From Sedimentisphaerales bacterium (GTDB lineage Bacteria; Planctomycetota; Phycisphaerae; Sedimentisphaerales; SM23-30): a stretch of 64,000 bases of DNA. Positions 1 through 10,704 of this stretch are shown in pieces. Positions within the stretch are counted from its first letter, which is position 1. Every line of letters begins with the position of its first letter. The notes beneath the pieces were generated by a model. That model searched no databases. It was not told where the DNA came from and saw only the letters and a program-made list of their open reading frames with translations. Position numbers and translations under genes: made by a program. The stretch lies in the NCBI GenBank assembly GCA_963666285.1, contig OY762711.1, one strand, 5' to 3'.

Positions 1-1
1 G

Positions 2-1363
2 TTAACAGGGGACATAGATAAGCTTAATAATGCACATAATCTGGCTATGGTGGCTTTAACGGCTCGAATGCAGCATGAGACTAACTATGATGATGAAAAA
101 CTCGCTCAACGTAAGTTAAAGCGTCTTGATATAGATCCGGAACGTATTCAAATACGCTGGGTAATTGATTTTTGTGCACAGGCATTGCGTAATATTGTTA
201 TTGGCCGTGGCGGCAAGATGGACGGTCTGGAAATGGAATCCGGTTTTCAGATTTCTGTTGCCAGTGAACTAATGGCTATACTTGCAGTTGCAAGAAACTT
301 AGAAGATATGCGTAATCGTATTGGCAAGATGGTCGTTGCCTATGATCGAAATGGCAATGAGGTAACTACCAGTCATCTGGAAGTGGCTGGTGCGATGACA
401 GCCTGGCTGATAGAAGCTATCAAGCCGAACCTGGTTCAGACCTTGGAAGGTCAGCCTATATTTGTTCATGCCGGTCCCTTTGCCAATATAGCCATTGGTC
501 AGAGTTCTGTTATTGCAGATCAGCTTGGTCTGCGTTTGTGTGATTACCTTGTAACCGAAAGTGGTTTTGGCGCTGATATTGGTTTTGAAAAATTCTGGAA
601 TCTAAAATGTAGATTTTCTCATTTGCAGCCAGATGCTGTAGTGATAGTTGCTACTATTAGAGCTTTGAAAATGCATGGAGGTGGCCCATCTGTTAAGCCA
701 GGTAAAAAACTTGACCATGCTTATGTAGAAGAAAATCTGCCTTTGCTGGAAAAAGGTTGTGAAAACCTGGTTCAGCATATTAAGACAGTATTAAAGAGTG
801 GTGTGACTCCGGTTGTTTGTATTAATAGTTTCCATACAGATACTAAAGCAGAGCACAAGCTGGTAAAAAGGATTTCTGAGGCAAATGGTGCAATGTTTGC
901 TGTCAGCCAGCACTGGCTTAAGGGCGGTGAAGGTGCAGTTGAACTTGCTGAAGCGGTGATGGCAGCTTGTGAGAAAAAGAGTGAATTTAAATATCTTTAT
1001 GACTTGGATATGCCTCATACCAAGCGTGTCGAATTAATTGCAAAAGAAATTTATGGTGCTGCCGGTGTCGAATTTAGCGAAAAAGCATTAAAGAAACTTA
1101 ACAGCTACGATAAAGATCCGGAAACTGCAAAGCTTGGTACTTGCATGGTCAAAACACATCTAAGTTTAAGCCATGACCCCAATTTTAAAGGTTTGCCATT
1201 GGGGTGGACACTGCCAGTCGAGGATGCAATGATTTTCCGTGGAGCGGGCCTGGTGGTTCCAATTGCCGGAGACATTAAGCTTATGCCTGGAACTGGTTCA
1301 GATCCCGCATTTAGGCGGATAGATGTCGATACTGAAACCGGCAAAGTCCAAGGTATGTTCTAA
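2..1363 (+). CDS. fhs: Formate--tetrahydrofolate ligase, 5'-truncated by window edge
   Basis: Frame is open from base 2 ([16 protein letters not shown]...). Family motifs [39 protein letters not shown] and MPG near the C-terminus. Confidence 0.95.
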   Translation, partial: LTGDIDKLNNAHNLAMVALTARMQHETNYDDEKLAQRKLKRLDIDPERIQIRWVIDFCAQALRNIVIGRGGKMDGLEMESGFQISVASELMAILAVARNLEDMRNRIGKMVVAYDRNGNEVTTSHLEVAGAMTAWLIEAIKPNLVQTLEGQPIFVHAGPFANIAIGQSSVIADQLGLRLCDYLVTESGFGADIGFEKFWNLKCRFSHLQPDAVVIVATIRALKMHGGGPSVKPGKKLDHAYVEENLPLLEKGCENLVQHIKTVLKSGVTPVVCINSFHTDTKAEHKLVKRISEANGAMFAVSQHWLKGGEGAVELAEAVMAACEKKSEFKYLYDLDMPHTKRVELIAKEIYGAAGVEFSEKALKKLNSYDKDPETAKLGTCMVKTHLSLSHDPNFKGLPLGWTLPVEDAMIFRGAGLVVPIAGDIKLMPGTGSDPAFRRIDVDTETGKVQGMF

Positions 1364-1805
1364 TTACTATTTTGTTGGTATTAGGTTTTAATTTTAAAAT
1401 CGCCATCTTTAGCTTTCTAATTTCACAATGGTCCCATAACTAGGCATTGCAGGCATATGGTTCGGATTCTGCTATAGCTTTCGTTCATTAAACGATATTT
1501 TTTAATTCTTAGTTACAATTATTTGTGTATTTATAGAAGTTTCATTCACGAATAAAATAATAGTATAGATTAAGTTTAAAATATAAAAGTTATTTGCTTA
1601 AATTATAGCCCTATAATATCGCCAATTAGGGCATTGTTTTAGCTTTTAGATTAAAGTTAGTTAAATCCTGTTACACGTGAGACATTTTTGTAAGATATAA
1701 AATACGAGAAAGCTTAAAGATTTTTGAATTAAAATGTCGAAAAAATAAGTGCTAATCGTGCATTTGTTTATCAAAGTTGTTTAGTTTTATGAAAGGAACT
1801 GAAAT

Positions 1806-3041
1806 ATGTTAAAAAGAATTTTGGTTGTTGTAATTGCTGCAGCTTTTGCGACAAGTGTTTTAGCTCAGGAAGCTTCTGATAAAACACGAATTGCAGAATT
1901 GGAAAAAGCAGTTAAAGAGTTGCAGGACTGCCAGGGAGAAGGCAAATCAATGTTCGGATGCAATCTGGTTATTTATGGTTATGCCCGTATGGATGCAGTT
2001 TATACGGATAGTGTTACGACAAGTGCGGGAGGAGGAGCTATTAATTTTTGGAGTAATTCTGAATCGTCTTCAAATGACAATGATGATACCTTTAGAATGA
2101 CTGCTCGTTGCTCTCGTATCGGATTGTTGCTGAAAGGTGACGAAAATGCAGACCTTAGATCATCAGCTAAGATCGAATTTGATTTTGCAAACGGAGGTAC
2201 AGAAACCAATAATACTCCTCGTATCCGTCATGCATACTTACAACTAGATATTCCGGATGCAGATATGAGTATTCTTGCCGGTCAGACCTGGGATGTAATT
2301 GCCCCTGTACTTCCACCTACAGTTGATAATAGTGTATTGTGGTTTCAGGGTGATACTGGTATGAGACGTACTCAGTTGCGTTTGACTAAAAATATGAATG
2401 TCGATGAAAATTCATCTATTAAGCTTGAAGGTGCTATTGCTCGTCAGATAGGAAGCTCAGCAACAAATGCCAGCGGTTTAGATACGGGTGATGATTCAGG
2501 CGCGCCGTCAGTTCAGGGACGTGTAAGTTTTACCACTCCGGTATTTAATGGTTTGAAGTCAACATTTGGTTTTTCAGGTCTTGTTGGTAGAGAAGAAAAT
2601 GATATTGCAGGAGCTGATGCTGAAAAATATGATTCAAATCTGTTAGCTTTTGATATGACACTGCCAATTTCAGATTCTACAAAGTTTATGGGCGAGTTTT
2701 ATGCGGGCGAAAATACCGGAAGAGTTGGTGGAGCGATCGGTCAGACTGTCGATTCTTCAACAGGCAATGAAGTTCGTTCAAAAGGTGGTTGGGTTGCTGT
2801 TACTCAAAAATTAACTGACAAGGTATCTATATCAGGTGGCTATGCTCATGACAGTGTTAATGACAATGATATTGACCTTGGAGATAAACAGAGTAATCAG
2901 ACAGCATTTGCTAATATAATAGTGTATCCTCTAAAAAATGTTAAAACCGGTTTTGAAATAGCTCACAATAAAACAGAGTATCAGAGTTCTGATAATGGTG
3001 ATAGCATAAGAGGAACATTCTTTATGCAGTATAATTTCTAA
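1806..3041 (+). CDS. DcaP-like outer-membrane porin
   Basis: Signal peptide, short coiled coil, YGYARMD, SRIGL, KIEFDF, PRIRHAY, LAGQTW and C-terminal YNF beta-signal. RBS GAAAGGA upstream. Confidence 0.75.
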   Translation: MLKRILVVVIAAAFATSVLAQEASDKTRIAELEKAVKELQDCQGEGKSMFGCNLVIYGYARMDAVYTDSVTTSAGGGAINFWSNSESSSNDNDDTFRMTARCSRIGLLLKGDENADLRSSAKIEFDFANGGTETNNTPRIRHAYLQLDIPDADMSILAGQTWDVIAPVLPPTVDNSVLWFQGDTGMRRTQLRLTKNMNVDENSSIKLEGAIARQIGSSATNASGLDTGDDSGAPSVQGRVSFTTPVFNGLKSTFGFSGLVGREENDIAGADAEKYDSNLLAFDMTLPISDSTKFMGEFYAGENTGRVGGAIGQTVDSSTGNEVRSKGGWVAVTQKLTDKVSISGGYAHDSVNDNDIDLGDKQSNQTAFANIIVYPLKNVKTGFEIAHNKTEYQSSDNGDSIRGTFFMQYNF

Positions 3042-3117
3042 TTATTAGAAAATGATTTTGCTTAGTATTTGCTAAACAACGTAAATATAAATAAGTGAAG
3101 CTGGTTTAAAAAGACAA

Positions 3118-3145
3118 AGGCTGTGTAGAACTATCTACACAGCCT
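3118..3145. terminator. Probable bidirectional intrinsic terminator
   Basis: Perfect 12-bp stem AGGCTGTGTAGA-ACTA-TCTACACAGCCT between convergent porin and cheX genes. Confidence 0.8.
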
Positions 3146-3186
3146 GATTTTATTGTTATGGGTCTACCTTGTGAAATTTGAGATCG

Positions 3187-3660
3187 TTAAACTCCTGCTG
3201 CAACTGGAATTTTTTCCAGGCAGACATCAACAATCATTCTTCCAGCGTTGGTTTCACATGGAATAGATATAATAGGTTTTTTGGAAGGGTAAACCGTCTG
3301 GTGCTTGCCAATTACTACACTTGGAACAGAAATGCTGACATTTCCTTCCGGGAAATCTTTTTTTGCGTTACCTGAAATCATATTGGCAACCTCACCAATA
3401 GCATCAGTACAGTCTGCATCCAGCTCTGTGATTTCTTCATATAACAAAGCGGAAGCAAGTTGTAATGCTACTTCTTTTGACAGGTTGATCACAACGCATC
3501 CGGTAACATCACCAGACAAGCCAATTATTCCACTAACATCATATAGCGGAGTATTGTCTTCTTTTAATCTTGGTTTTCCGACATTGAATGGTACATTAAT
3601 CATTGTGTCAAAAACGTTCTTGATTGAACCTAAAAATGGATTTATATATCTGACGTCCAT
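3187..3660 (-). CDS. cheX: Chemotaxis phosphatase CheX
   Basis: YINPFL start, VSGIIGLSG, DAIGEVANMISG and ISVPSVV motifs; last gene of che operon. Confidence 0.9.
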   Translation of the reverse strand: MDVRYINPFLGSIKNVFDTMINVPFNVGKPRLKEDNTPLYDVSGIIGLSGDVTGCVVINLSKEVALQLASALLYEEITELDADCTDAIGEVANMISGNAKKDFPEGNVSISVPSVVIGKHQTVYPSKKPIISIPCETNAGRMIVDVCLEKIPVAAGV

Positions 3661-3706
3661 GGTAAACCCCTATTGATTTTATATATTATTTACTTTTTCG
3701 CATTAA

Positions 3707-4090
3707 TTAACAAGAAGCGCCAAGTACTTCTTCCAGGACATTCCTGATTGATTCAGGAGTGAAAGGTTTGTGTATATAACCTTTTATTCCTTTTTCCTTG
3801 AGTAGCTGTATTCTGGCTGTGCTGGCTTCTGTTGAGACAACAATTATAGGTGTTTCAGCTGTCTTTGGATTTTCAAATACTTTTTCAACCATTTCGATAC
3901 CATTCATCTGAGGCATATTCAAATCTGCAAGTATCAGGTCGACTTCATTGTCATTCAATTTTTGTAGAGCTTCATTACCATTAGAAGCCTCATAAACAGT
4001 AGATACATCTACTCCTGTCATCTGGATAGTTTTCTTAAGTACTGCTCGGGTAACCGATGAATCATCAACGATTAATATCTTGTACCCCAT
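3707..4090 (-). CDS. cheY: CheY-like single-domain response regulator
   Basis: ILIVDDS, DLILADLNMPQMNG, VSTE and YIHKPF receiver motifs; 127 aa. Confidence 0.85.
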   Translation of the reverse strand: MGYKILIVDDSSVTRAVLKKTIQMTGVDVSTVYEASNGNEALQKLNDNEVDLILADLNMPQMNGIEMVEKVFENPKTAETPIIVVSTEASTARIQLLKEKGIKGYIHKPFTPESIRNVLEEVLGASC

Positions 4091-4112
4091 TATGTCACCT
4101 CAAAACAAAAAA

Positions 4113-4964
4113 TTATGGTTTAGCATAAGTAGCCGGTTGTAAATATCTGTATTTGTGATTTATTCCAGTCAAAGATTCTGAATGTCCTATACAAAGGAGA
4201 CCTTCGGATCTAAGACAGTCAAAGTATCTTCCAACAAGCTTCTCTTGAGTTTGTTTATCGAAATATATCATTACGTTTCGGCAAAAAATCACATCAAATG
4301 GGCCTTTGAACGGCCATTTTTCCATTAAATTCAAATATCTAAATGAAATCATTTTTTTGAGTTCATCTTTTACACGATACGATGTTTGTCCATTTTCGTT
4401 TATTTTTGTAAAATAAGCACTTTGCTGCTGTGTTGTCAGCTGTTTAACACGATCAACTTCATATATACCAGAGTTTGCTTTATTAATTACTCTGGTGGAT
4501 ACATCGCTGGCCAGTATTTTTATATCCCAGCCTGGCTTATCTTTAAAAGCTTCAGTTAATGTCATTGCCATAGTATATGGTTCTTCGCCTGTAGAACAAC
4601 CGGCAGACCATATCCTGAATCTTTTAGGGCCGCCATGCTTGGCTTGCCTGGCAACCATGTTTGGTATAAATTTTTCTTTGAGCAGGTCGAAATGTACTTT
4701 TTCTCTGAAGAAACTTGTCAAATTTGTACTTATGGAATCAACCAGGTCATAGAATTCTTTTTGGTCCTTTGTTGATAGAGCGTAATCGAGATATTCTTTG
4801 ACATCTCTTATTTTTGTTGCTCGCATACGTTTTGCCAGTCTGGCGCGAACAAGTGTTTTTTTTCCTTCATGCAGATTAATTCCGCAATGCTGGTATATAA
4901 TATCACTGACTCGTTTAAAATCAGAGTCAGAAATGTCTACGCAATCTAGTAATGCACCGGTCAT
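4113..4964 (-). CDS. cheR: Chemotaxis methyltransferase CheR
   Basis: TNLTSFFRE, RIWSAGCSTGEEPYT, FDVIFCRNVMIYF and IGHSESL. ATG at 4964 with AGGGGA RBS is preferred over 4994. Confidence 0.93.
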   Translation of the reverse strand: MTGALLDCVDISDSDFKRVSDIIYQHCGINLHEGKKTLVRARLAKRMRATKIRDVKEYLDYALSTKDQKEFYDLVDSISTNLTSFFREKVHFDLLKEKFIPNMVARQAKHGGPKRFRIWSAGCSTGEEPYTMAMTLTEAFKDKPGWDIKILASDVSTRVINKANSGIYEVDRVKQLTTQQQSAYFTKINENGQTSYRVKDELKKMISFRYLNLMEKWPFKGPFDVIFCRNVMIYFDKQTQEKLVGRYFDCLRSEGLLCIGHSESLTGINHKYRYLQPATYAKP

Positions 4965-4977
4965 ATATATTCCCCTA

Positions 4978-7900
4978 TTATTGTTCGTTTGCAAGAGTAA
5001 GTAAGCCCGGCACGTCCAGGATCAGGCTTACATTTCCGTCGCCCATAATAGCTCCGCCTGAAATTCCTTTTATACTTCCGAGGTATTGCCCCAGACTTTT
5101 AATTACAACCTGCTGTTGGCCGAGGAGGTCGTCTACCTGTATGCAACATTTCTGGACACCATCAGTTACGATAACAACGAGCGATTCACATGGATTAGTG
5201 AATTTTGGTTTCAAATTATATAGTTTATATAATCTTACTAATGGGATAAGTTCACCCCTTACCATCATCATTTCACCTTTTCCACCTTGTACTGTTGAAA
5301 TCTGTTTTGGTACAGGTCTAAGGTTTTGTTCAATTGAAGCTGTTGGTATTATGTAGTTTTCATCACCTACAGTTACTTCCTGTCCTTCAATTACTGCTAG
5401 AGTTAACGGAAGTTGAATACGGAAAATTGTTCCTTTGCCGAGAGTGGAATCAATATCGATTCGACCGCGAAGAGACTCGATATTTTTTCTTACAACATCC
5501 ATTCCAACTCCTCGACCAGAAATATCTGTTATTTTCTCTGCGGTTGAAAATCCGGCATGGAATATAAGTCTGTATACTTCCTGATCGCTCATTTCAGCAT
5601 CTTCTTTTACGATGCCGTTTTCTACCGCCTTTTTAAGGAGTTTTTCACGGTTCAAACCTTTACCATCATCAGATATTTCGATAACGATATTTCCACCTTT
5701 GTGGTATGCTTTTAATTCAATTTTACCGGATGGACTTTTACCGGCAGCCTCTCTTTCCGCTGGAGACTCAACTCCATGATCAACAGAGTTCCTGACCATG
5801 TGGACCAATGGATCTGCGATTTCCTCTACAACGTTTCTATCTAATTCAGTTTCTGCTCCGGCCATTTCAAATTCTATTTGTTTGCCGGATTTGCGAGACA
5901 GATCTCTGACCAGCCGAGCCATTTTCTGAAATACTCCCTGTACAGGTACCATACGGGTAGACATACTCAGTTCCTGCAGATCTCTTGTGATCTTTTCCAG
6001 ATGACGGGTATTTCTTTCCAATCGCTGATTTGTTTTTCGATGCTCACCGAGATCTCTGCTTACCATTGCCTGGGCAATTACCAGTTCTCCAACCATGTTG
6101 ATTAAGGCATCAAGCCTTTCGGTGGTTACTTTTACGGTACTTTCTGTTGTTGCTTTTTTAGCAGTGGTTTTAGCTTTCTGTGCTGATTGGGCAGTATCTA
6201 TTTGCGTTGACATTGCAAGTTCGATCTTTTCCCTGGAAATAATCCCTTTTTCCAAAAGTATCTCGCCAATTTTTTTCCCTTTGCCTTCTGGTGTGTGCTG
6301 ATATTTCACAGCTTCATCAATTTCGGCTGGTTTAACGAAACCTCCATCGATAAGTATTTCGCCTAATTTTCTTGGTTCTATTTTTCCCTGAGCTTCCAAC
6401 TGCAATTTTCTGTTTTTTTGCTCCTGGATTGCTTTTTCAACTTTTACGCCGGTTGTCTTCTTATTTTCAACCAGGATCTCGCCGATTTTCTTTTTCTCAT
6501 CATTTGGCTCGTCTCTCTGTTCTTTTAGTGCTGCGTTTAGATCATTTCTTTTTATTTCACCTTTTTCTCTTAGAATTTCTCCAACTTTTGGAACAAATTC
6601 CTTGCCTTCTATGCACATTTGTATCCTGTTAATCAGGGCGGTCAAACCTTCAACAGGATGAACTGCTTCATTAGCTGCCACTGCATCGCTTAGATCAGAG
6701 AGCATTCTTTTCATTATGTCAATAGCTTCAAAGATGACATCTACTTTTGCATTTTCTAAAATGGTTTCACCTTTGCGACCCATGTCCAGTAATGTTTCCG
6801 AAACGTGTGCAAGAGATCCTATATGTTTCAGGTCGAGAAAACCGGCAACTCCTTTTATTGTGTGGAAAGCTCGGAATATTGAATTGATTGCTTCCTGGTC
6901 TTCAGGATTGTCTTCAACAGCGAGCATGTCATTTTCAGCGTTTTCCAGATGTTCTCTGGATTCATTGACAAAGTCTATTACAAGTGGAATATCTGTTTCT
7001 GCGATAATAAGAGATTCAAACTGTTCCTGGTGTTCTTGTGCTGGTTTTGGCTCTGGTTCGGTCTGTGCTTCTATTTTTGTTTCGCTTTGGTTTTCGGGTT
7101 CAGGCTCTGGTTCTTGAATCGGCTCTTGAGTGGCCTGGGTTTCTTCTGCCTGTTCTGCTGAATTAAGCAGCTCTGAATCAAGATCAATATCTTCAAATGC
7201 ATTTTCTATTTCTGCTTGAACTTGAGAATCTGTTCTTTCATCATATATTGTTTCTTCGCTTTCTCCTCTAAGAGCTGCGGCAATTTTTCTAAGCTGGTCG
7301 CAGGTCTCTAGCAGTTTCTGGCCGGGAAACTCATTAGAAGGATCTTCCAGTAAACTTTCAGCATCATGGCATATATTAGCCATTTGCTGCAACGTCATTA
7401 ATGACGATTCGCCTTTTAGATTATGAAGTATCCCTTTGATACTGTTTCTGTTATCATCTGAAGTGTCCTGTTCGCCTTCCAGGATTGCTGTTTCAAGGTT
7501 GTCGAGTGTATGTGGTAATGAAGATACGAATTCGGCAAAAATATCTTCATCTACATTTTCTGGTAATTCAATTGTAATAGGTGTGACTGATTCTGATTCG
7601 ATTGTGCCGGATGATTCAGTTCCTGTTTTAACAGACTTTGCTGAAGGAGCAGCAGATTCTAAACTTGAATTGTTTATGCTTTCTCCTTTTTCAACTCTGT
7701 TGATCATTTCCTGTAAGCTTTTGACTGTCATACTAACAGATTCGATAGCCTTACGAGGATCTTCAACATCCTGCAAAACAATGTCTTGAACCAGGTCAGC
7801 AGCCTTTTGGGAAGTATCTGATATTATCTGCTGTTCGCTATCGATAAGTTCCAATTCTTCGACAGCTTTGATCATATCTTCAAAACTGGTGTGTAGTTCA

Positions 7901-7980
7901 GCCAGAATCGCCAGATCATCAGGCTCAACTGTTAGCAGTTTTACTGACGAATCTTCAAGTAACTTTATTAATTTTTCCAT
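4978..7980 (-). CDS. cheA: Chemotaxis histidine kinase CheA with two Hpt domains and MshEN-like repeats
   Basis: Hpt motifs GILHNLKGES and RAFHTIKGVAG. Dimerisation LINMVGELV, HATPase HMVRNSVDHG/DDGKG/SGRGVGMDVV and C-terminal CheW domain. Confidence 0.95.
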   Translation of the reverse strand: MEKLIKLLEDSSVKLLTVEPDDLAILAELHTSFEDMIKAVEELELIDSEQQIISDTSQKAADLVQDIVLQDVEDPRKAIESVSMTVKSLQEMINRVEKGESINNSSLESAAPSAKSVKTGTESSGTIESESVTPITIELPENVDEDIFAEFVSSLPHTLDNLETAILEGEQDTSDDNRNSIKGILHNLKGESSLMTLQQMANICHDAESLLEDPSNEFPGQKLLETCDQLRKIAAALRGESEETIYDERTDSQVQAEIENAFEDIDLDSELLNSAEQAEETQATQEPIQEPEPEPENQSETKIEAQTEPEPKPAQEHQEQFESLIIAETDIPLVIDFVNESREHLENAENDMLAVEDNPEDQEAINSIFRAFHTIKGVAGFLDLKHIGSLAHVSETLLDMGRKGETILENAKVDVIFEAIDIMKRMLSDLSDAVAANEAVHPVEGLTALINRIQMCIEGKEFVPKVGEILREKGEIKRNDLNAALKEQRDEPNDEKKKIGEILVENKKTTGVKVEKAIQEQKNRKLQLEAQGKIEPRKLGEILIDGGFVKPAEIDEAVKYQHTPEGKGKKIGEILLEKGIISREKIELAMSTQIDTAQSAQKAKTTAKKATTESTVKVTTERLDALINMVGELVIAQAMVSRDLGEHRKTNQRLERNTRHLEKITRDLQELSMSTRMVPVQGVFQKMARLVRDLSRKSGKQIEFEMAGAETELDRNVVEEIADPLVHMVRNSVDHGVESPAEREAAGKSPSGKIELKAYHKGGNIVIEISDDGKGLNREKLLKKAVENGIVKEDAEMSDQEVYRLIFHAGFSTAEKITDISGRGVGMDVVRKNIESLRGRIDIDSTLGKGTIFRIQLPLTLAVIEGQEVTVGDENYIIPTASIEQNLRPVPKQISTVQGGKGEMMMVRGELIPLVRLYKLYNLKPKFTNPCESLVVIVTDGVQKCCIQVDDLLGQQQVVIKSLGQYLGSIKGISGGAIMGDGNVSLILDVPGLLTLANEQ

Positions 7981-8496
7981 TTCTATTTCTCTTTCACATC
8001 TGTGAACTTATGAAAATATTGTAGCCTACGTCAAATTACTTTTACTTTACTTACCTTATACAAAAATGGTCACCTGCTTCATCGGAACTATATATACCCT
8101 TCTTTAGAACAATTATAATATGAATGAAACAGGAATTTATTCTTCCTGTCTGGTGCTACCAGTTGTAGGTTCTATAATAAAATATCAGAAATATTTAATG
8201 AAGCATTACTTATTTTGTCAATAGATTTCATTCTATTAATAGTTGCATAATCTGTTTATTATCAATGGTTTAAGTTTCGTTTCTGATGAGTGTGGGAAAT
8301 TGTTAAAGTTAAAACGGTGCTTCGTTTAGCGATTTGTTTATATGTGTACTTATTTATGCTGAACTTTAATTTATAAGTATTTCAGCTTTGTTATAGGTCG
8401 TTATTGTCTGGTTATTGTGTAATTGGTTATATTGATACAATTGAATAAAAATTATTGAAATCAATTATCATTTTTATTAAATCTGGGCTTACCTGC

Positions 8497-8524
8497 TTGA
8501 CATATATGATATCTCTTATAATAT
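8497..8524 (+). promoter_or_regulatory. Candidate sigma70 promoter
   Basis: TTGACA at 8497, then TATAAT (N14) or TAATAT (N16); spacing to the perfect -10 is suboptimal. Confidence 0.35.
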
Positions 8525-8611
8525 AGAGTTGCTTGAATTGGAGATTTGAAAATAGACTTATAGGGGAGAAGTTAACCGCTGCCGCCGGGCAGCCTTATTT
8601 GGGCAGATTAG

Positions 8612-9511
8612 ATGGTAGGAAAAAGTAATATTGAAAACAATATAATAGGGCTGTTTGTTAAATTAGGTATTGCAATTTGTGTGTTTATTTTCGCTTGTAT
8701 AGCCGGTTGTCAGGAGGATCCTCTTATTGAGCAGCTGCGCAGAGAAAATCCTTTTAGAAAGCCGGAGGTAGAAAAACAACCAACCCAGAAATGGCTTGAA
8801 GTCTCTTGTGATACTTTAACGTTTGAGTTGCCCGATACTTATGACATTAACCAGCTTAGGATATTTCAAAATTATCGAATTACTGGAAGAGATGAGAAAC
8901 ACATAAATCTTGCCATTATGGAGGGTTTCAAATCAAAAACGTTATGGCACGCAAACGGATTTATTGTGTCTGTAGCTCCTAGAGTGTTATGGAATAAGAC
9001 TTTAGAGAAATTTGATGTTTTTTTTACTGATCAGGTCCCTCAGTCAAAATTGCGAATATTCAAGACTAGCGGGCAGTATGCTGATCTGTATCTTCGGTCG
9101 ATTATAGACACTGAATCTATTTTTATTTTTGATCCCGGCATGATTCCGCATGGGTATGATTTATCTGATGGTGAAAGTTTATTTCGGATCCAATGTCAGC
9201 CGCCAGTATTTTCATCTTCTGAACCTTCAAGTGTTTATGTATCTCTTGCAATGATGTTCAAAGAACAGTTACCTTACACTTCAAATTCTGTGGCTGGTTT
9301 ATATCAGAGGTCTCAGCCTGAGCAGATAATTAGTTTTGATTATCTGGCTCTTTCCGGTATGCTGTTAAATGATAATGTGATTGTAATTACTTGTGATGAT
9401 GAAAGCATTAAAAGCTCTAACGCGGCAGGGCGGCTTTTATATAACCAGGCAACAAACACCAGAATTATTGCTGTTTTAGCTCCAAATGCGAAAATGATAG
9501 AAAGTAACTAA
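8612..9511 (+). CDS. Hypothetical lipoprotein
   Basis: 299-aa ORF; hydrophobic N-region ends in IAGC lipobox. No family recognised. Confidence 0.6.
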   Translation: MVGKSNIENNIIGLFVKLGIAICVFIFACIAGCQEDPLIEQLRRENPFRKPEVEKQPTQKWLEVSCDTLTFELPDTYDINQLRIFQNYRITGRDEKHINLAIMEGFKSKTLWHANGFIVSVAPRVLWNKTLEKFDVFFTDQVPQSKLRIFKTSGQYADLYLRSIIDTESIFIFDPGMIPHGYDLSDGESLFRIQCQPPVFSSSEPSSVYVSLAMMFKEQLPYTSNSVAGLYQRSQPEQIISFDYLALSGMLLNDNVIVITCDDESIKSSNAAGRLLYNQATNTRIIAVLAPNAKMIESN

Positions 9512-9551
9512 TTACAATACTTGTTAAGTATTTAAAGATTTATAAAATAAA

Positions 9552-10652
9552 ATGAAACTGAATATGTTTGAAAATATGTGCAGAAGTGCCTGTTATGGGA
9601 TAATGATGCTTGATAAGCAGGGCAGGATAGTTTTTGTGAATGACTTTTGTACAAAACTTTTAGCTTTGCCTTCTGATGCCGGTTCGGGAGCCAGCTTTTT
9701 ACATGAATTTATTCCTTCTGAAGAGCATAGCACTTATAATAAAATATTTAATATTTATCCAGATATTATTTATCTCGATCAGCCGTCAGTTGATATGTTA
9801 AACCCGGTGCATATTGAGTTTGAGAAACCACACCCAGGTGGTTTAATGGCTACCTTGCTAAAATTTTCAATTTGTCCGTTATATGAGGAAAGTATGCTGG
9901 TTGGGTACAGTGTGTGGATAAATGATATCTCTCGACGCAAGAAGTTGCTGACTCAGCTGGATCAGGCTGAAAAACTCGCTTCACTTGCTACGCTGGCATC
10001 GGGCATAGCTCATCATTTTAATAATATCATTGGCGGAGTTGCTACTTTTGCTGATTTTGCTCTGGCTGGAAATAATCCTCAGGCTTATCAAAAAGCATTG
10101 AAAATGACAATTGAAGCGGCTGAACGTATTAGCCAGATAACTTCTTCTTTACTTACTTTTGCCGAACAGGATTCCCGTGAAATAGAGACTTCTGATCTTA
10201 GTGAGGTTGTGTTGACCTTTTGTCACCTTGTTGAAAAAGATCTATGTGAGAAGAATATTATTTTGGAATTAAATGTTGGCTCGGTTCCGGAATATGAAGT
10301 CCCTGGTGCAAAAATAAACCAGATTTTGAATAATATAGTTAGTAATGCTGAAGAAGCCATGCCTGAAGGTGGAACTCTTTCAATCAATCTTATTCGGGAT
10401 GAAGGGAATCTTGTGCTTACTTTTGCTGATACAGGTTGTGGAATTGAGCAGGATCATTTGCCGCATATTTTTAATCCGTTTTTTACTACTCGTGGAGTTG
10501 CTAGTAACGGCCAGTCGACACATAAAAGCGGATTGGGGCTTTCTGTTGTTTACGGCATAGTTAAAGAGATGAGAGGTTCTATTTCAGCTTTTAGTAAACT
10601 TGAATGTGGTTCTGAGTTTATCATTAAGCTGCCGCTGCAAGAATCTAAGTAA
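9552..10652 (+). CDS. Cytoplasmic PAS-domain sensor histidine kinase
   Basis: PAS-like N-terminus, H-box GIAHHFNN, NIVSNA, DTGCG, FNPFFTT and GLGLSVV boxes. Confidence 0.9.
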   Translation: MKLNMFENMCRSACYGIMMLDKQGRIVFVNDFCTKLLALPSDAGSGASFLHEFIPSEEHSTYNKIFNIYPDIIYLDQPSVDMLNPVHIEFEKPHPGGLMATLLKFSICPLYEESMLVGYSVWINDISRRKKLLTQLDQAEKLASLATLASGIAHHFNNIIGGVATFADFALAGNNPQAYQKALKMTIEAAERISQITSSLLTFAEQDSREIETSDLSEVVLTFCHLVEKDLCEKNIILELNVGSVPEYEVPGAKINQILNNIVSNAEEAMPEGGTLSINLIRDEGNLVLTFADTGCGIEQDHLPHIFNPFFTTRGVASNGQSTHKSGLGLSVVYGIVKEMRGSISAFSKLECGSEFIIKLPLQESK

Positions 10653-10704
10653 GCTCATTTATGGGGTATGATAATAGATGCCTGAATGTAATGAATTGTG
10701 CAGT

